The notes: generated from the letters alone by a model not told the origin. DNA of 64,000 nt from a bacterium (GCA_002686365.1 NZBZ01000001.1:58405-122404); one strand, 5' to 3'. Positions 46,917 to 58,169 are shown, numbered from the stretch's first letter. Numbers and translations are program-made.

Positions 46917-47597
46917 TTAATTTGTGTTATTGGTGTCGTCAAATATTTCTCCTTTATATATCCATACTTTTACACCAATAGTTCCATAGGAGTTGTATGA
47001 TGTTGTTTCTCCATAATCAATATTTGCCCGTAGAGTCTGAAGTGGCATCCTCCCGAATGCGAGCCACTCTCTTCTTGATATTTCTGCGCCGTTTAATCTC
47101 CCTGCAAGTTTAATCTTTGCCCCCTGCACTTCTCTATTTTGTTTTAGGAGATCGAGATGCCGCTTCATAATTCTTCTGTATGGAAGCCGTCGTTCTATAT
47201 CAAATGCTATCTGTCCAGCTACTACAGAGGCAGACATCTCAGTGCGTTTTAGCTCTTCAATATTTATGTTGAGCGCAAATTGTTCTGATGCGTTGTTTTT
47301 TCTTCGGAGCGCGTTCATCTCCTTTGCCAAAAAATTTTTAAGGTCTTCTATTCCCTTTCCTCCCCGCCCTATGATAAGGCCCGGACGGCTCGCTTTTACA
47401 GAAACTTTAACTTCTTTTCCGGTGCGTTCAATGCGAATCTCATCAATTCCTGCCTGCGCGATTTTTTCTTTTACAATTTCACGAATAAGATGGTCCTCTT
47501 CAATAAAGAATTTTTGAGACTTCTTAAAGAACCATCTGCTTTTCCAGGGCTTTGTGATTCCTAAACGTAGTGAGATTGGTTTTATTTTTTGGGCCAT
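46917..47597 (-). CDS. rpsC: 30S ribosomal protein S3
   Basis: RPGLIIGRGG, GRLNGAEISR, PLQTLRANID. Confidence 0.98.
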   Translation of the reverse strand: MAQKIKPISLRLGITKPWKSRWFFKKSQKFFIEEDHLIREIVKEKIAQAGIDEIRIERTGKEVKVSVKASRPGLIIGRGGKGIEDLKNFLAKEMNALRRKNNASEQFALNINIEELKRTEMSASVVAGQIAFDIERRLPYRRIMKRHLDLLKQNREVQGAKIKLAGRLNGAEISRREWLAFGRMPLQTLRANIDYGETTSYNSYGTIGVKVWIYKGEIFDDTNNTN

Positions 47598-47662
47598 ACT
47601 TTTAGCTTATAGCTTTTTTAGCCTTAGGCTAATCCGCCTTTGGCGGAAGCTTCATTAGCTTC

Positions 47663-48211
47663 TTAGATTGATTTACGTCGGAAGAAGCGTTTTATTCCTC
47701 CGGATTTTTCCGGACCTTTTGTTTCCAGCTCTTTTTCTGCTCGTTTTGAATCCTTTTTCTCTGCCTGAATAGATAGGTCCTCTTCTTTCTTCTCAGTCTT
47801 TTTTCCTTTCTTTTCTGTTTTTTCTTCTTTCTTTTCTTTTTCTTTTTTTATAAATACGTACTTTGGCTGTGTAATCTTATCAGACTCTCCCAATACTACT
47901 GTAATGTGGCTGGTTTTTTTCTGAATTGAGCTTGCTGAACCTCGAGCCCTTGGAATCCAGCGCTTCAGCATTGGTCCATTGTCTACTTTTATTTCTTTGA
48001 TGTACAACTTTTCTTCATCTAACTCTCTATTTTTTGCGTTTGCCGCTGCGGAACGTAATAGCCTCAGGATAAATATACTTGCCCTCTTTGGAGAAACGGA
48101 AAGCTGGGCCTCTGCCTCTTTTACTGGAAGGCCCCGAATAAGATCAACAACGAGACGCGCTTTTCGTGGTGCGATTCGTTTGTGTCTTAATTTTGCTGTT
48201 ACTTCTTTCAT
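47663..48211 (-). CDS. rplV: 50S ribosomal protein L22 with charged tail
   Basis: APRKARLVVDLIRG, PRARG. Confidence 0.97.
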   Translation of the reverse strand: MKEVTAKLRHKRIAPRKARLVVDLIRGLPVKEAEAQLSVSPKRASIFILRLLRSAAANAKNRELDEEKLYIKEIKVDNGPMLKRWIPRARGSASSIQKKTSHITVVLGESDKITQPKYVFIKKEKEKKEEKTEKKGKKTEKKEEDLSIQAEKKDSKRAEKELETKGPEKSGGIKRFFRRKSI

Positions 48212-48216
48212 GTTAT

Positions 48217-48555
48217 TTACTTTGCATTACGTTCAGGTGTTGGCTGTCCGGGAGCTGTTTGCGGAGCGCCTCCTTCTCTTTCCTGCTGCTCTAATTCTTT
48301 CTGTATTCTTCCTCCATGCCGTACGAACTTTCTTGTTATAGCAAATTCTCCCAAGCGATGTCCTATCATATCTTCTCCTACATTTACTTCAAGAAAATCT
48401 TTCCCATTATGGACTAAGAAGGTAAACCCAACCATTTCCGGAGAAATCTCTGATGCCCTAGACCATGTTTTGATAGGCGTGTTTTTACTTCCCTTTTCTA
48501 TCTTTTTCAAGAGTTTTGCATCTATATATGGGCCTTTTTTTAGACTTCGTGACAT
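48217..48555 (-). CDS. rpsS: 30S ribosomal protein S19
   Basis: [21 protein letters not shown]; start corrected to 48555. Confidence 0.97.
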   Translation of the reverse strand: MSRSLKKGPYIDAKLLKKIEKGSKNTPIKTWSRASEISPEMVGFTFLVHNGKDFLEVNVGEDMIGHRLGEFAITRKFVRHGGRIQKELEQQEREGGAPQTAPGQPTPERNAK

Positions 48556-48566
48556 ATATTTAAGAC

Positions 48567-49394
48567 TTATCTTTTTGTTTTTCTTCGTTTGATGATTAGC
48601 GTATTCGACCACTTCTTTTTCTTTCTTGTTTTTCTTCCTCCAGTTACCTTGCCCCATTTTGTCTTTGGCCGCTTTGTTCCGCGCTGAGCTCTGCCTTCTC
48701 CTCCTCCGTATGGATGATCAACGGCGTTCATTGCAGATCCTCGCACAGTTGGACGAATTCCTCTCCATCTTGACCTTCCTGCTTTTCCAAGAACCTCCAA
48801 ATTATGCTCTGAATTTGATACCTTTCCAATTGTTGCGTATCCGCTCTTTAAAACTTTACGAACTTCTCCAGATGGAATCTTTAACTGCGCATACTTGCCC
48901 TCGTTTCCCAAAACTTGAACTGCTGAGCCGGCAGACCTTGCGAGCTGCCCTCCTTTTTTTGGAGTAAGTTCTACGTTGTGTACAAATGTTCCCACTGGAA
49001 TTCTTTCCAGTTTTGTTCGATTTCCTTCTTTAAACTCTGCTTTTTCTGATGTGATAATTTTGCTTCCTTTTCGCAGTTCGTCTGATGCAAGGATATAACG
49101 CCTTTCTCCATCTTCGTATATAACCTTTGCAATATGCGCTGAACGATATGGGTCATATTCAATGCCTTCTACCCTTCCCCACACATCAAATTTTTTCTGC
49201 TTAAAATCAACAATGCGATACTGCTTTTTATGCCCTCCGCCTTTATGTCGCGTTGTTATCCTTCCTTTACTGTTTCGTCCTGCTCGTTTTTTCAAATGCT
49301 TTAAGAGGGCCTTTGCCGGCTTTTCTTTTGACAAATCCGCAGTTGCTTTTGTCATTCCTCTTCGTCCTGGTGATGTTGGTTTATACTTCTTCAT
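48567..49394 (-). CDS. rplB: 50S ribosomal protein L2
   Basis: [25 protein letters not shown]. Confidence 0.98.
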   Translation of the reverse strand: MKKYKPTSPGRRGMTKATADLSKEKPAKALLKHLKKRAGRNSKGRITTRHKGGGHKKQYRIVDFKQKKFDVWGRVEGIEYDPYRSAHIAKVIYEDGERRYILASDELRKGSKIITSEKAEFKEGNRTKLERIPVGTFVHNVELTPKKGGQLARSAGSAVQVLGNEGKYAQLKIPSGEVRKVLKSGYATIGKVSNSEHNLEVLGKAGRSRWRGIRPTVRGSAMNAVDHPYGGGEGRAQRGTKRPKTKWGKVTGGRKTRKKKKWSNTLIIKRRKTKR

Positions 49395-49398
49395 ACTT

Positions 49399-49815
49399 TT
49401 AGACCATATCTATCTTTTCTCCTTTCTTTAACGTTACTATTGCCTTTTTAAAACCTGATTTTTTTCCTGTAGAAGATCGAAATCTTTTTGTCTTTCCCTG
49501 ACGCCTTATTGTCCTTACACTTTTTATACCCACCTTATATCGGAATTCTATTTCTTCTTTTATTGTTTTTTTATTTGCGCCTGCTTGTACGTGAAATACA
49601 TAGGCGTTTTGCTCTACTAGGCTGGATGCCTTTTCACTTATCCAAGGATTTTTCACTCTGTACGCGTCTATCTTTCCCTCAACCTCGTCAGTGCGTCTTT
49701 GTTTTTTTGCCTTGGACGGAGTACTTGATTTTACGGCTTTTTTATCAGCCTTCTTATCAGATGCCGCCTCCTTCTTTTTTGGCCCTCCTTTAAATATGTT
49801 TTTGAAAATTGCCAT
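49399..49815 (-). CDS. rplW: 50S ribosomal protein L23 with N-terminal extension
   Basis: PWISEKA, KKAIVTL. Confidence 0.93.
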   Translation of the reverse strand: MAIFKNIFKGGPKKKEAASDKKADKKAVKSSTPSKAKKQRRTDEVEGKIDAYRVKNPWISEKASSLVEQNAYVFHVQAGANKKTIKEEIEFRYKVGIKSVRTIRRQGKTKRFRSSTGKKSGFKKAIVTLKKGEKIDMV

Positions 49816-49833
49816 ATTGTTAGCTTATAGCTT

Positions 49834-50502
49834 TTAGCTTTTAGCTTCCTTAGTTTTTTTCTTTCCAGTCTGGTTGTTTATAAATTCTTCTACTGCCTCT
49901 TTTTCAAAGATAATGAGCTTGTGCGTTATGCAGTCCCGCAGATTCACTCCGTTTGGATATGTAATTTTGTTCTTTTCTATATTTCTACCTGCAAGAATAG
50001 AATTTTTTTCTCCCTGCTTGGAAACAAGAAGAGTCGTCAGTCTTGTCTTTTTTTCTACTTTTGTTATTTCTTTGATCGCCTCTGTCATTTGTTTTGTTTT
50101 TGGCTCTGTAACTCCAAAGGTGTCTAATATTTTTACTTCTCCGTCTTTTAGCTTTCTTGAAAGAGTTGAATAGAGAGCTCTTTTTCGCATCTTTTTATTT
50201 ACTTTTTTTGTAAAGTTTCTTTCTTTTAGCGGGCCAAACGTAACACCTCCTCCAGCCCAGATTGGAGATCGGCTTGAGCCGTGACGCGCTCGTCCGGTTC
50301 CCTTTTGTCTCCATGGTTTTTTTCCTCCTCCCCGCACTTCGCTTCTGTCTTTTGCGTGCGCCAAAGGACTTCTCCTGCTTGATTGCATAGAAGTAAACAC
50401 TTGGTGTACGAGATTTGGATTCCACGGCCTTCCAAAGATTTCATTTGAAAGCTCTATGGTCCCACCTTTCTTATTCTCTTTGTTTAAAATATCTACCTTC
50501 AT
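49834..50502 (-). CDS. rplD: 50S ribosomal protein L4
   Basis: KPWRQKGTGRARHGS. Confidence 0.98.
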   Translation of the reverse strand: MKVDILNKENKKGGTIELSNEIFGRPWNPNLVHQVFTSMQSSRRSPLAHAKDRSEVRGGGKKPWRQKGTGRARHGSSRSPIWAGGGVTFGPLKERNFTKKVNKKMRKRALYSTLSRKLKDGEVKILDTFGVTEPKTKQMTEAIKEITKVEKKTRLTTLLVSKQGEKNSILAGRNIEKNKITYPNGVNLRDCITHKLIIFEKEAVEEFINNQTGKKKTKEAKS

Positions 50503-50506
50503 GATA

Positions 50507-51061
50507 TTAGCTTTTATCTGCCTGCGCAGGCAGGGCTTCGTTAGCTTTATTGTCTGCCTCCTTTTTCTTTTCTTCTTTTTCCTGTTTTTTCTTGGATGGT
50601 TCTGATGTTTCTGCTTTTTCTTTCTTTTCTTCTTTTAGACCTGTGATGTGGATTTCAACCTCACTACCTCTCATGCCTGGAACTGGTCCTTTTACGAGAA
50701 TTGTTTTCTCTTCGAAATTTATTTCTTCTACGCACACATTTTTAACAGTGAGATTTTCACCCCCCATACGGCCGGCCATCTTCTGGCCTGGAATAACTCT
50801 TGCAGGATCTGTTGCTCCGATTGAGCCTGGAGCGCGAAGACTGTGTTTCTGACCGTGAGATGCCGGACCTCCGTGAAATCCGTGTCGTTTTACCACGCCC
50901 TGAAATCCCTTCCCCTTACTTTTTCCTCGGATGTGTACAATATCTCCTTCTTTTAGTTCTTTCTCCCCTTCTTTTTCAATCCTTAATACGGTAACCGGAA
51001 TTACCGCATCCTCCTTCCAAATTTGGGTCATGCCCACCTTTTTTGCTGCTACTTTTGTCAT
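50507..51061 (-). CDS. rplC: 50S ribosomal protein L3 (short form)
   Basis: KKVGMTQ, KGKGFQGVVKRH, MAGRMG. Confidence 0.95.
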   Translation of the reverse strand: MTKVAAKKVGMTQIWKEDAVIPVTVLRIEKEGEKELKEGDIVHIRGKSKGKGFQGVVKRHGFHGGPASHGQKHSLRAPGSIGATDPARVIPGQKMAGRMGGENLTVKNVCVEEINFEEKTILVKGPVPGMRGSEVEIHITGLKEEKKEKAETSEPSKKKQEKEEKKKEADNKANEALPAQADKS

Positions 51062-51235
51062 ACTAACCATGCTAAAAAAAATAACCAAGACCATGCCCGG
51101 CTATTCCATAGAGCTATTCCATAGACGTCCGAGAGGTCTTTAAATGACATCGGGGAGGTCTTACTATGTAAGATTAATTCCCGTCCAAGGGATTGTAGCG
51201 TATATGTGTTTTTTTGTAAAGACAGCGAATATTGA

Positions 51236-51478
51236 ACCGAGCACTCAATACATTGAGTGCTTAACAAGTTTAATATGTGCCAAGCACATAACGTCTTATG
51301 CGCTTGGTCCTCACAACATCGACCTCGCTAAAACTTACTTAGTTTAGTTGACGGCCGTCAACTAAACTAAGTAAACACCAATACGCTCGGGATGTTAGGT
51401 GCCCAGCACTCAAAGCTTTGAGTGCTGGATTAAGGTTTTGTTACTAAAACTGGAGCACTAATGCTCCAGTTTTAGACA
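51236..51478. repeat. Cluster of palindromes between rpsJ and rplC
   Basis: TTACTTAGTTTAGTTGACGG/CCGTCAACTAAACTAAGTAA; CCAGCACTCAAAG/CTTTGAGTGCTGG; CTAAAACTGGAGCA/TGCTCCAGTTTTAG; AGCACTCAAT/ATTGAGTGCT. Confidence 0.85.
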
Positions 51479-51484
51479 AAGCCC

Positions 51485-51811
51485 TTAACCCATTTTTACC
51501 TCAATGTCGACTCCTGCCGGGAGGTTTAAATCTGTGAGAGATTCTACGATTTTTTGCGCAGGATTTAGTATATCAATGAGGCGTTTATGTATTCTCATCT
51601 CAAACTGCTCTCTAGACTTTTTATGTACAAATGTAGAGCGATTTACAGTGTATTTTCGTATTTCTGTGGGCAGAGGAATTGGCCCTATTGCCTCACCCCC
51701 GTGCCTTTTAATTGCCTCAATAATCTGCTTGGCTGAGTTCTCAATCAACTTTGAATCATATGCCTTAATCCGAATCCGAAGTTTTTCTTTTGGTTCTTCT
51801 TTTTTTGGCAT
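51485..51811 (-). CDS. rpsJ: 30S ribosomal protein S10
   Basis: RIRIKAYD, GPIPLPT, SREQFE. Confidence 0.98.
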   Translation of the reverse strand: MPKKEEPKEKLRIRIKAYDSKLIENSAKQIIEAIKRHGGEAIGPIPLPTEIRKYTVNRSTFVHKKSREQFEMRIHKRLIDILNPAQKIVESLTDLNLPAGVDIEVKMG

Positions 51812-51880
51812 GTTTATTTGCTAATTTACACGAATTTGGATGCGCCTTAAGCGCACCCTGATTCACGTACATTGGCGAAT

Positions 51881-53080
51881 CTATTTAGTAATCTTTGTTA
51901 CAACTCCAGCGCCTACAGTCTTTCCTCCTTCGCGAATTGCGAATCTTTGCTTTTCTTCAAGCGCAACAGGGGCGATAAGCTTTATAGAAACGTTTGCGGT
52001 ATCTCCCGGCATTACCATCTCGATACCTTCTCCAAGCGTTACTTCACCCGTTACGTCAGTCGTTCTCAGATAGAACTGCGGCTTGTATCCTTTGAAGAAT
52101 GGAGTGTGTCGTCCGCCTTCCTCTTTGCTCAAGACATACACTTCTGCCTCGAATTCGGTGTGCGGCGTTACACTCCCCGGCTTTGCGACTACCTGACCTC
52201 GCTCTACGTCCTCTTTTTTGAGGCCGCGTAGAAGAACTCCTACGTTGTCACCAGCCTGACCTTCATCGAGGAGCTTCTGAAACATTTCTACTCCTGTAAC
52301 AACGGTCTTTTGCGTGTCACGGAGTCCAATGATTTCTATTTCCTCGTTTATTTTAACAATTCCTCTCTCAACTCTTCCGGTTACCACTGTTCCTCTTCCT
52401 TCAATTGAGAATACATCTTCAATTGGCATGAGAAACGGCTTATCAACATCTCTAACTGGCTCTGGGATGTTTGAATCGAGAGCTTCGACGAGTTCGAGTA
52501 TCGGCTTCGCATCTTCATCGTCAGCAGACTTTGTTTCCAAGGCTTTTAGTGCTGAACCTTTGATTATTGGAGTGTCGTCTCCCGGAAACTCATACTTATT
52601 CAAGAGCTCTCGAACTTCTGACTCCACGAGTTCGACGAGTTCTGGGTCGTCAACTGCGTCGGTCTTATTCAAGAAAACGATAATTGCTGGAACGCCCACC
52701 TGTCGCGCGAGAAGAATGTGCTCTCGCGTTTGAGGCATTGGGCCGTCTGCAGCAGAGACTACAAGAACTGCGCCATCCATTTGCGCTGCGCCGGTAATCA
52801 TGTTTTTGATGTAGTCGGCGTGTCCTGGCGCGTCAATGTGCGCATAGTGTCTCTTTTCTGACTCATACTCTGAGTGATGCAGTGCAATAGTAATTCCACG
52901 CTCTTTTTCTTCAGGAGCATTATCGATCTGATCAACACCTTCTGCCTTTTTTGCAAGTCCTTTCATATTAAGAACGTGCATCATTGCCGCAGTAAGAGTT
53001 GTCTTTCCGTGGTCGACGTGTCCAATTGTTCCAACATTTACATGAGGTTTGGACCTGTCAAATTTTTCTTTTTCAGCCAT
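51881..53080 (-). CDS. tuf: Elongation factor Tu
   Basis: [24 protein letters not shown]. Confidence 0.99.
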   Translation of the reverse strand: MAEKEKFDRSKPHVNVGTIGHVDHGKTTLTAAMMHVLNMKGLAKKAEGVDQIDNAPEEKERGITIALHHSEYESEKRHYAHIDAPGHADYIKNMITGAAQMDGAVLVVSAADGPMPQTREHILLARQVGVPAIIVFLNKTDAVDDPELVELVESEVRELLNKYEFPGDDTPIIKGSALKALETKSADDEDAKPILELVEALDSNIPEPVRDVDKPFLMPIEDVFSIEGRGTVVTGRVERGIVKINEEIEIIGLRDTQKTVVTGVEMFQKLLDEGQAGDNVGVLLRGLKKEDVERGQVVAKPGSVTPHTEFEAEVYVLSKEEGGRHTPFFKGYKPQFYLRTTDVTGEVTLGEGIEMVMPGDTANVSIKLIAPVALEEKQRFAIREGGKTVGAGVVTKITK

Positions 53081-53260
53081 GGTTAGTAATTAGCTTATAG
53101 CTTCATTAGCTTGTTAGCTTTCGGAGTTTATTTTTCCTATGAGCTAACAGCTAAAAACTAAAGAGCTATTATATATTTCGACCTATGAACACAAATAAAA
53201 TGTGTGCTTTATTATATCAAACCCATTTATTATTGGCTATTTGGTAAGAATTTGTCAATT

Positions 53261-55396
53261 TTACTGCTTTTTTCCTTCTGCAATCTCTTCCGCAATATTA
53301 CCTGGCACTTCCTCATAATGATCAAATTCCATGCTGAATGAGCCTCTTCCCTGAGTCATTGAACGAAGAGTTGTTGAATATCCAAACATTTCTGCGAGCG
53401 GTATATTCGCCTCAATTACCCGAATTTTCTCACCCTCTCCCATCTCAAGAATACTGCCTCTTTTCGAACTTACATCTCCTGTCGTGTCTCCAAGAAAGTT
53501 TTCCGGAATGATAATCTGAACCTTCATAATTGGCTCTAGGAGTATTGGCTTTGCCCGTTTTGCCCCCTCCTGAAGCGCCATTGATGCTGCGATTTTAAAT
53601 GCCATTTCAGAAGAGTCAACATCATGGAATGAGCCGTCATAAAGAGTTACCTGCATATCTACCATTTGGTATCCGGCTACGATTCCCTTGTCCATTGCCT
53701 CTTTGATTCCTTTTTCTACTGCGGGTATAAATTCCTGAGGAATAGTTCCTCCTTTAATTTTGTTTATAAATTCAAAACCAGTTCCTTTCTCAAGAGGTTC
53801 AATTTTCAGCCATACATGTCCGTACTGACCGCGTCCTCCGGACTGACGAATATACTTCCCTTCTGCTTCAGCCACTGCCTTAATTGTTTCTTTATAGGCA
53901 ACTTGCGGCCGTCCAACACTCGCTTCTACGCTAAACTCTCTTTTCATTCTTTCTACAAGAACTTCAAGATGGAGCTCTCCCATTCCAGCAATTATTGTCT
54001 GCCCTGTTTCTTCATCGCTTCCAACTTGGAATGTTGGGTCTTCTTCCGCGAGCTTTCGCAGAGCTATACTCATTTTTTCCTGGTCAACTTTTGTTTTTGG
54101 TTCAATTCCTACTGAAATTACCGGCTCTGGAAATGTAATAGCCTCAAGAAGCACTGGCTTTTCTGGGTCTGTGAGCGTATCTCCGGTCGTTGTATCTTTT
54201 AATCCTACGATTGCTCCTAAGTCTCCTGCATATATCTCGTCAACTTCTTCTCTGTGGTTTGCGTGGATACGCAGCATTCTTCCTACTCGCTCTTGCTTCT
54301 CTTTTGTTGTGTTTAGAATATAGCTCCCCTTCTTCATTGTTCCTGAATATATTCGAAAGAAGGTTAGTGACCCTACGAATGGATCAGATGCTATTTTAAA
54401 AGCAATGGCTGCAAGCGGCTCCTCATCTTTAGGGTGACGCTCTTCGTCTTCGTGAGTTTTTGGATTTATTCCTTTTACCGGAGGAACTTCTGATGGAGAT
54501 GGAAGATAGTCGATTACTGCATCAAGAAGAAGCTGTACTCCTTTATTTTTAAGAGCTGAGCCGCAAAAGACAGGGACTATCTTGTTCTCTATTGTTGCTT
54601 TTCGCAAGGCAATCTTCAGGTCTTTAATTGGAATTTCTTTCTCATCAAGATATGCCTCAAGGAGCTTTTCATCTGTTTCTGCTATTGCTTCTATTGTTTT
54701 CTTTCGAGTTTTTTCTACTTCTTCTTTCATGCCTTTTGGCACTTCTTCCTCTATAATATTTTCTCCTTTTTCTCCTTCGAACTTGTATGCCCTTTGTTTT
54801 AAGATATCTACAATACCTTCGAAATTCGCCTCCTCTCCTATTGGAAGCTGAAGAGGAATTGCATTTTTTGTAAGCCGTTCCCTGATTGATTCAAAGCTTT
54901 TTTCAAAACTTGCTCCAGTTCTATCTAGTTTATTGATAAAACATATTCTCGGCACCTTGTATTCATCTGCATAGTGCCAATTTGTCTCGGATTGAGGCTC
55001 TACTCCAGCTACTCCATCAAACACAACTACTGCGCCGTCGAGAACGCGGAGTGAGCGTTTCACCTCTACTGTGAAGTCTATGTGTCCGGGAGTATCTATG
55101 ATATTAATGCGGTGTTCATGCTCCTTCTTTATTTTTTCGAGCTCCTCTTCACCTTTCCCCTCCTTCTTATCTGTTGAAATCCAAAAGCAGGTTGTTGCTG
55201 CTGCAGTTATGGTAATTCCTCTTTCTTTTTCCTGCTCCATCCAGTCCATGATTGCTTCTCCTTCGTGGACTTCTCCAATTTTATGAGAAATGCCTGTATA
55301 AAAAAGTACCCGTTCGGTTACAGTTGTTTTACCAGCATCAATATGAGCTATGATGCCTATATCTCTTACTTTTTCTATTGGGTACTGTCTTGGCAT
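53261..55396 (-). CDS. fusA: Elongation factor G
   Basis: [22 protein letters not shown]. Confidence 0.99.
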   Translation of the reverse strand: MPRQYPIEKVRDIGIIAHIDAGKTTVTERVLFYTGISHKIGEVHEGEAIMDWMEQEKERGITITAAATTCFWISTDKKEGKGEEELEKIKKEHEHRINIIDTPGHIDFTVEVKRSLRVLDGAVVVFDGVAGVEPQSETNWHYADEYKVPRICFINKLDRTGASFEKSFESIRERLTKNAIPLQLPIGEEANFEGIVDILKQRAYKFEGEKGENIIEEEVPKGMKEEVEKTRKKTIEAIAETDEKLLEAYLDEKEIPIKDLKIALRKATIENKIVPVFCGSALKNKGVQLLLDAVIDYLPSPSEVPPVKGINPKTHEDEERHPKDEEPLAAIAFKIASDPFVGSLTFFRIYSGTMKKGSYILNTTKEKQERVGRMLRIHANHREEVDEIYAGDLGAIVGLKDTTTGDTLTDPEKPVLLEAITFPEPVISVGIEPKTKVDQEKMSIALRKLAEEDPTFQVGSDEETGQTIIAGMGELHLEVLVERMKREFSVEASVGRPQVAYKETIKAVAEAEGKYIRQSGGRGQYGHVWLKIEPLEKGTGFEFINKIKGGTIPQEFIPAVEKGIKEAMDKGIVAGYQMVDMQVTLYDGSFHDVDSSEMAFKIAASMALQEGAKRAKPILLEPIMKVQIIIPENFLGDTTGDVSSKRGSILEMGEGEKIRVIEANIPLAEMFGYSTTLRSMTQGRGSFSMEFDHYEEVPGNIAEEIAEGKKQ

Positions 55397-55450
55397 GCCT
55401 AAAATCAGCTTATAGCTTTTAGCTTGTAGCTTATGGCTTGTATAATTTTA

Positions 55451-55924
55451 CTATCTTCTAACAAAGCTTGCGAAGGCGCGGTTTGCCTCTGCTACTCTAT
55501 GCGTGTCCTGCTTCTTCTTTATTGCCTCACCTTCATTTTTTGATGCTGCGATTATTTGCTCGGCAAGCTCTTTGTGCATCGGCTTTCCTTTCTTAGATTT
55601 TGCCGCGTTTATAATCCAATGTGCTGCTAAAAAGAATTTTCTTTCCGGACGAACTTCCATGGGGATTTGATAGTTTGCGCCTCCTACTCTGCGGGAAACT
55701 ACCTCTACCATAGGAGTAGCATTTGCCATCGCGTCCTCAAACGTTTTTGCGGGGTCAGACTTTGTTTTTTTCTTTACTTCTTCAAGCGCCCCATAAAATA
55801 TTTTTTCTGCTACGGCTTTCTCTCCGTCTAACATTATATAGTTAATAAACCGACCCATGTCGATTCTTCCATATTTAAAATCCGGTTTTGAATCAATTTT
55901 TTTGTATGCTCCTCTTTTTCTCAT
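55451..55924 (-). CDS. rpsG: 30S ribosomal protein S7
   Basis: RRVGGANYQIP, AEANRAF. Confidence 0.98.
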   Translation of the reverse strand: MRKRGAYKKIDSKPDFKYGRIDMGRFINYIMLDGEKAVAEKIFYGALEEVKKKTKSDPAKTFEDAMANATPMVEVVSRRVGGANYQIPMEVRPERKFFLAAHWIINAAKSKKGKPMHKELAEQIIAASKNEGEAIKKKQDTHRVAEANRAFASFVRR

Positions 55925-55926
55925 GA

Positions 55927-56406
55927 TTATTCTTCTTTAGGCGCTTCTTCGGGCGCTTCTTTTGGCTCCTCTGATTTTTCCTTTGCTGCCTTATCGCCCT
56001 TGCCTTTTTTAGATCCATACTTTGAGCGTCCTCTTTTTCGTTCTGCAACTCCTTCGGTGTCGAGCCTTCCTCGTACAATGTGATACCTAACACCCGGCAA
56101 ATCTTTTACTCTTCCTCCCCGAAGAAGGACTACGGAGTGTTCCTGCAGATTATGCCCTTCGCCTGGAATGTATGCTGAAACCTCCATTCCATTTGTAAGA
56201 CGTACACGAGCTACTTTTCTGAGCGCAGAGTTTGGTTTTTTTGGTGTGGTTGTAAATACCTTTACACACACTCCTCGTTTGAATGGAGAGGGTGATTTTA
56301 CTGGTCTGTTTTTTATGTAATTAAAATATGACCGGAGTGCCGGTGTCTTTTCCTTTTTGGAAGATCTCTTTCTGGCTTTTTTGATAAGTTGGTTTGTTGA
56401 CGGCAT
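55927..56406 (-). CDS. rpsL: 30S ribosomal protein S12
   Basis: [21 protein letters not shown]. Confidence 0.99.
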   Translation of the reverse strand: MPSTNQLIKKARKRSSKKEKTPALRSYFNYIKNRPVKSPSPFKRGVCVKVFTTTPKKPNSALRKVARVRLTNGMEVSAYIPGEGHNLQEHSVVLLRGGRVKDLPGVRYHIVRGRLDTEGVAERKRGRSKYGSKKGKGDKAAKEKSEEPKEAPEEAPKEE

Positions 56407-56505
56407 AAACTAGCTTATAGCTTCTATATTATATAAATTATATGAAGCGGTTTAAGGATATGGGAAAAAACCTCTATTTGTCAAGTGTTTTAGGTGTTTT
56501 TTGCT

Positions 56506-57111
56506 TTATATAAGGAGTTCAAAAAGGAAGTTTATGATTGGAGTGATTATACGGAAGCCAAAAAAGATGAAAAATACAAGAAGAATCATTCCATATCTCT
56601 CTAGAAATGCCCGCATTTGATATGCAGAACGAGGAAGGAGGGCAAATAGAACTTTTGAGCCGTCTAATGGAGGCAGCGGGACCAGATTAAAGACTGCAAG
56701 AATCACATTTACCCATACAATCATTGCAAAAAGCGGGTATGTTGCTGCAAGAATCGGAACATTTACTACTATGCTTATCCGCACCAATGCCCCGAAAATT
56801 GCGGCAATAAGAAGATTGCTTAAGGGGCCTGCGATAGCAATTAGAGCTGCATCTCGTTCAGGATTCTTTAAGTGATAGGGATTATATGGAACTGGTTTTG
56901 CCCATCCGAAAATAAAACTTCCTGGCAGAATTGCGAGAAGCAAAGGAAGAATAACTGAACCAAAAGGGTCAAGATGCTTTATTGGATTTAACGTAAGACG
57001 GCCTGCAAGCCGCGCAGTTGGATCGCCGAGCCTATCCGCAACAAAGCCATGGGTCACTTCATGTACCACGACTGACAGGATAAGAACAATTATTAGAAAA
57101 ATAGTATCCAC
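56506..57111 (-). CDS. Site-2 protease (M50 family)
   Basis: HEVTH, AGPLSN, NLVPLPPLDG. Confidence 0.93.
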   Translation of the reverse strand: MDTIFLIIVLILSVVVHEVTHGFVADRLGDPTARLAGRLTLNPIKHLDPFGSVILPLLLAILPGSFIFGWAKPVPYNPYHLKNPERDAALIAIAGPLSNLLIAAIFGALVRISIVVNVPILAATYPLFAMIVWVNVILAVFNLVPLPPLDGSKVLFALLPRSAYQMRAFLERYGMILLVFFIFFGFRIITPIINFLFELLI

Positions 57112-57190
57112 AAAGATTAAATGTCAGAAATTATTTATGAATCATTAATTATATACATTTTTCGGAATTTTGTGCTAGAATAATTTTCGT

Positions 57191-57811
57191 ATGAAAGGAT
57201 TTTCACGATTAGTACTGTTTCTCACACTCATTGTTCTTGTAGTTGGGTTCTTTATGGTTTTGAACCGACTTTCAGATATTCGTGGTGAGATTCAGACAAT
57301 TCAGCTTGCCCTTGATTTGTCAGGCAATTCAGAAGGACAGATTATTTCTGAAGGTGAGGAGAATGAGCCTTCAGAAGACGGCTCAACTGAGCCGCAGGAG
57401 TCTTCGGTGGTGGGCATTCCAACTGCTATTATTTTTAATACCATGTCGAGCCCCACACTTCAGCCGCAGACAAATATTGCTGTGATTGTTGAGAATGTTT
57501 CAAAAAGTGACGATGGGGAAGTTTTAGTACGGCTTAAGGCGTTTACGAGCGAGGCATCGTCCTATAGCGCCCTTCCTGTTCAGGATTTAGTTGAAATTGT
57601 TAATCTTTCTTCGGGAGTGAATCAGCGCCCAGCAGATGTTAAGGGAAGTTTCAGCTCAATCCCGCCAAAGAGTGTTGTGAGCGGCACAGCAGTATTCCGC
57701 GTATCTCTTACACAGCGTTCAATTATTCTGCAAATTAATGCAGATGATGAGATAAGATTTTATCAATTTAATTTTAATAAGAAGACATATAAAGAAATAG
57801 TCTTAGGATAA
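57191..57811 (+). CDS. Membrane-anchored hypothetical protein
   Basis: N-terminal TM, acidic linker, beta-rich domain. Confidence 0.75.
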   Translation: MKGFSRLVLFLTLIVLVVGFFMVLNRLSDIRGEIQTIQLALDLSGNSEGQIISEGEENEPSEDGSTEPQESSVVGIPTAIIFNTMSSPTLQPQTNIAVIVENVSKSDDGEVLVRLKAFTSEASSYSALPVQDLVEIVNLSSGVNQRPADVKGSFSSIPPKSVVSGTAVFRVSLTQRSIILQINADDEIRFYQFNFNKKTYKEIVLG

Positions 57812-57849
57812 TTGACACTTTTAAAGAAAGTGACTATTCTGCTTTTGTT

Positions 57850-57985
57850 ATGAATCCCATCACCCTTGGCGCATAACATTGCGTAGGGCAAAGGGATAGA
57901 ATAAGATAATCAGGCATAAATACAATATTCAGTCGAAATAATATCTTTAAGTTGGCGACACAATGCGCCAAGAGTGAGGGATGAA
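57850..57985 (+). repeat. Start-codon hairpin element upstream of rpmB
   Basis: ATGAA-TCCCATCACCCTTGGCGCAT...ATGCGCCAAGAGTGAGGG-ATGAA. Confidence 0.85.
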
Positions 57986-58169
57986 ACAGTGCGAGGTTTG
58001 TAAAAAATCACATATGATGGGTGGGGTTCGGAAGCTTTTGCGCGGAAATTATAATCCTGTGAATTGGAAGAAAAAGAAGGCAAACATTCAGAAGACACTT
58101 GATCCCAAGACTGGGAAGCGGATTTTAGCGTGTACACGGTGCATTAAGACTATGGCAAAGACGAAATAA
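57981..58169 (+). CDS. rpmB: 50S ribosomal protein L28
   Basis: CEVCKK...ANIQK...CTRCIKT. Confidence 0.85.
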   Translation: MKQCEVCKKSHMMGGVRKLLRGNYNPVNWKKKKANIQKTLDPKTGKRILACTRCIKTMAKTK

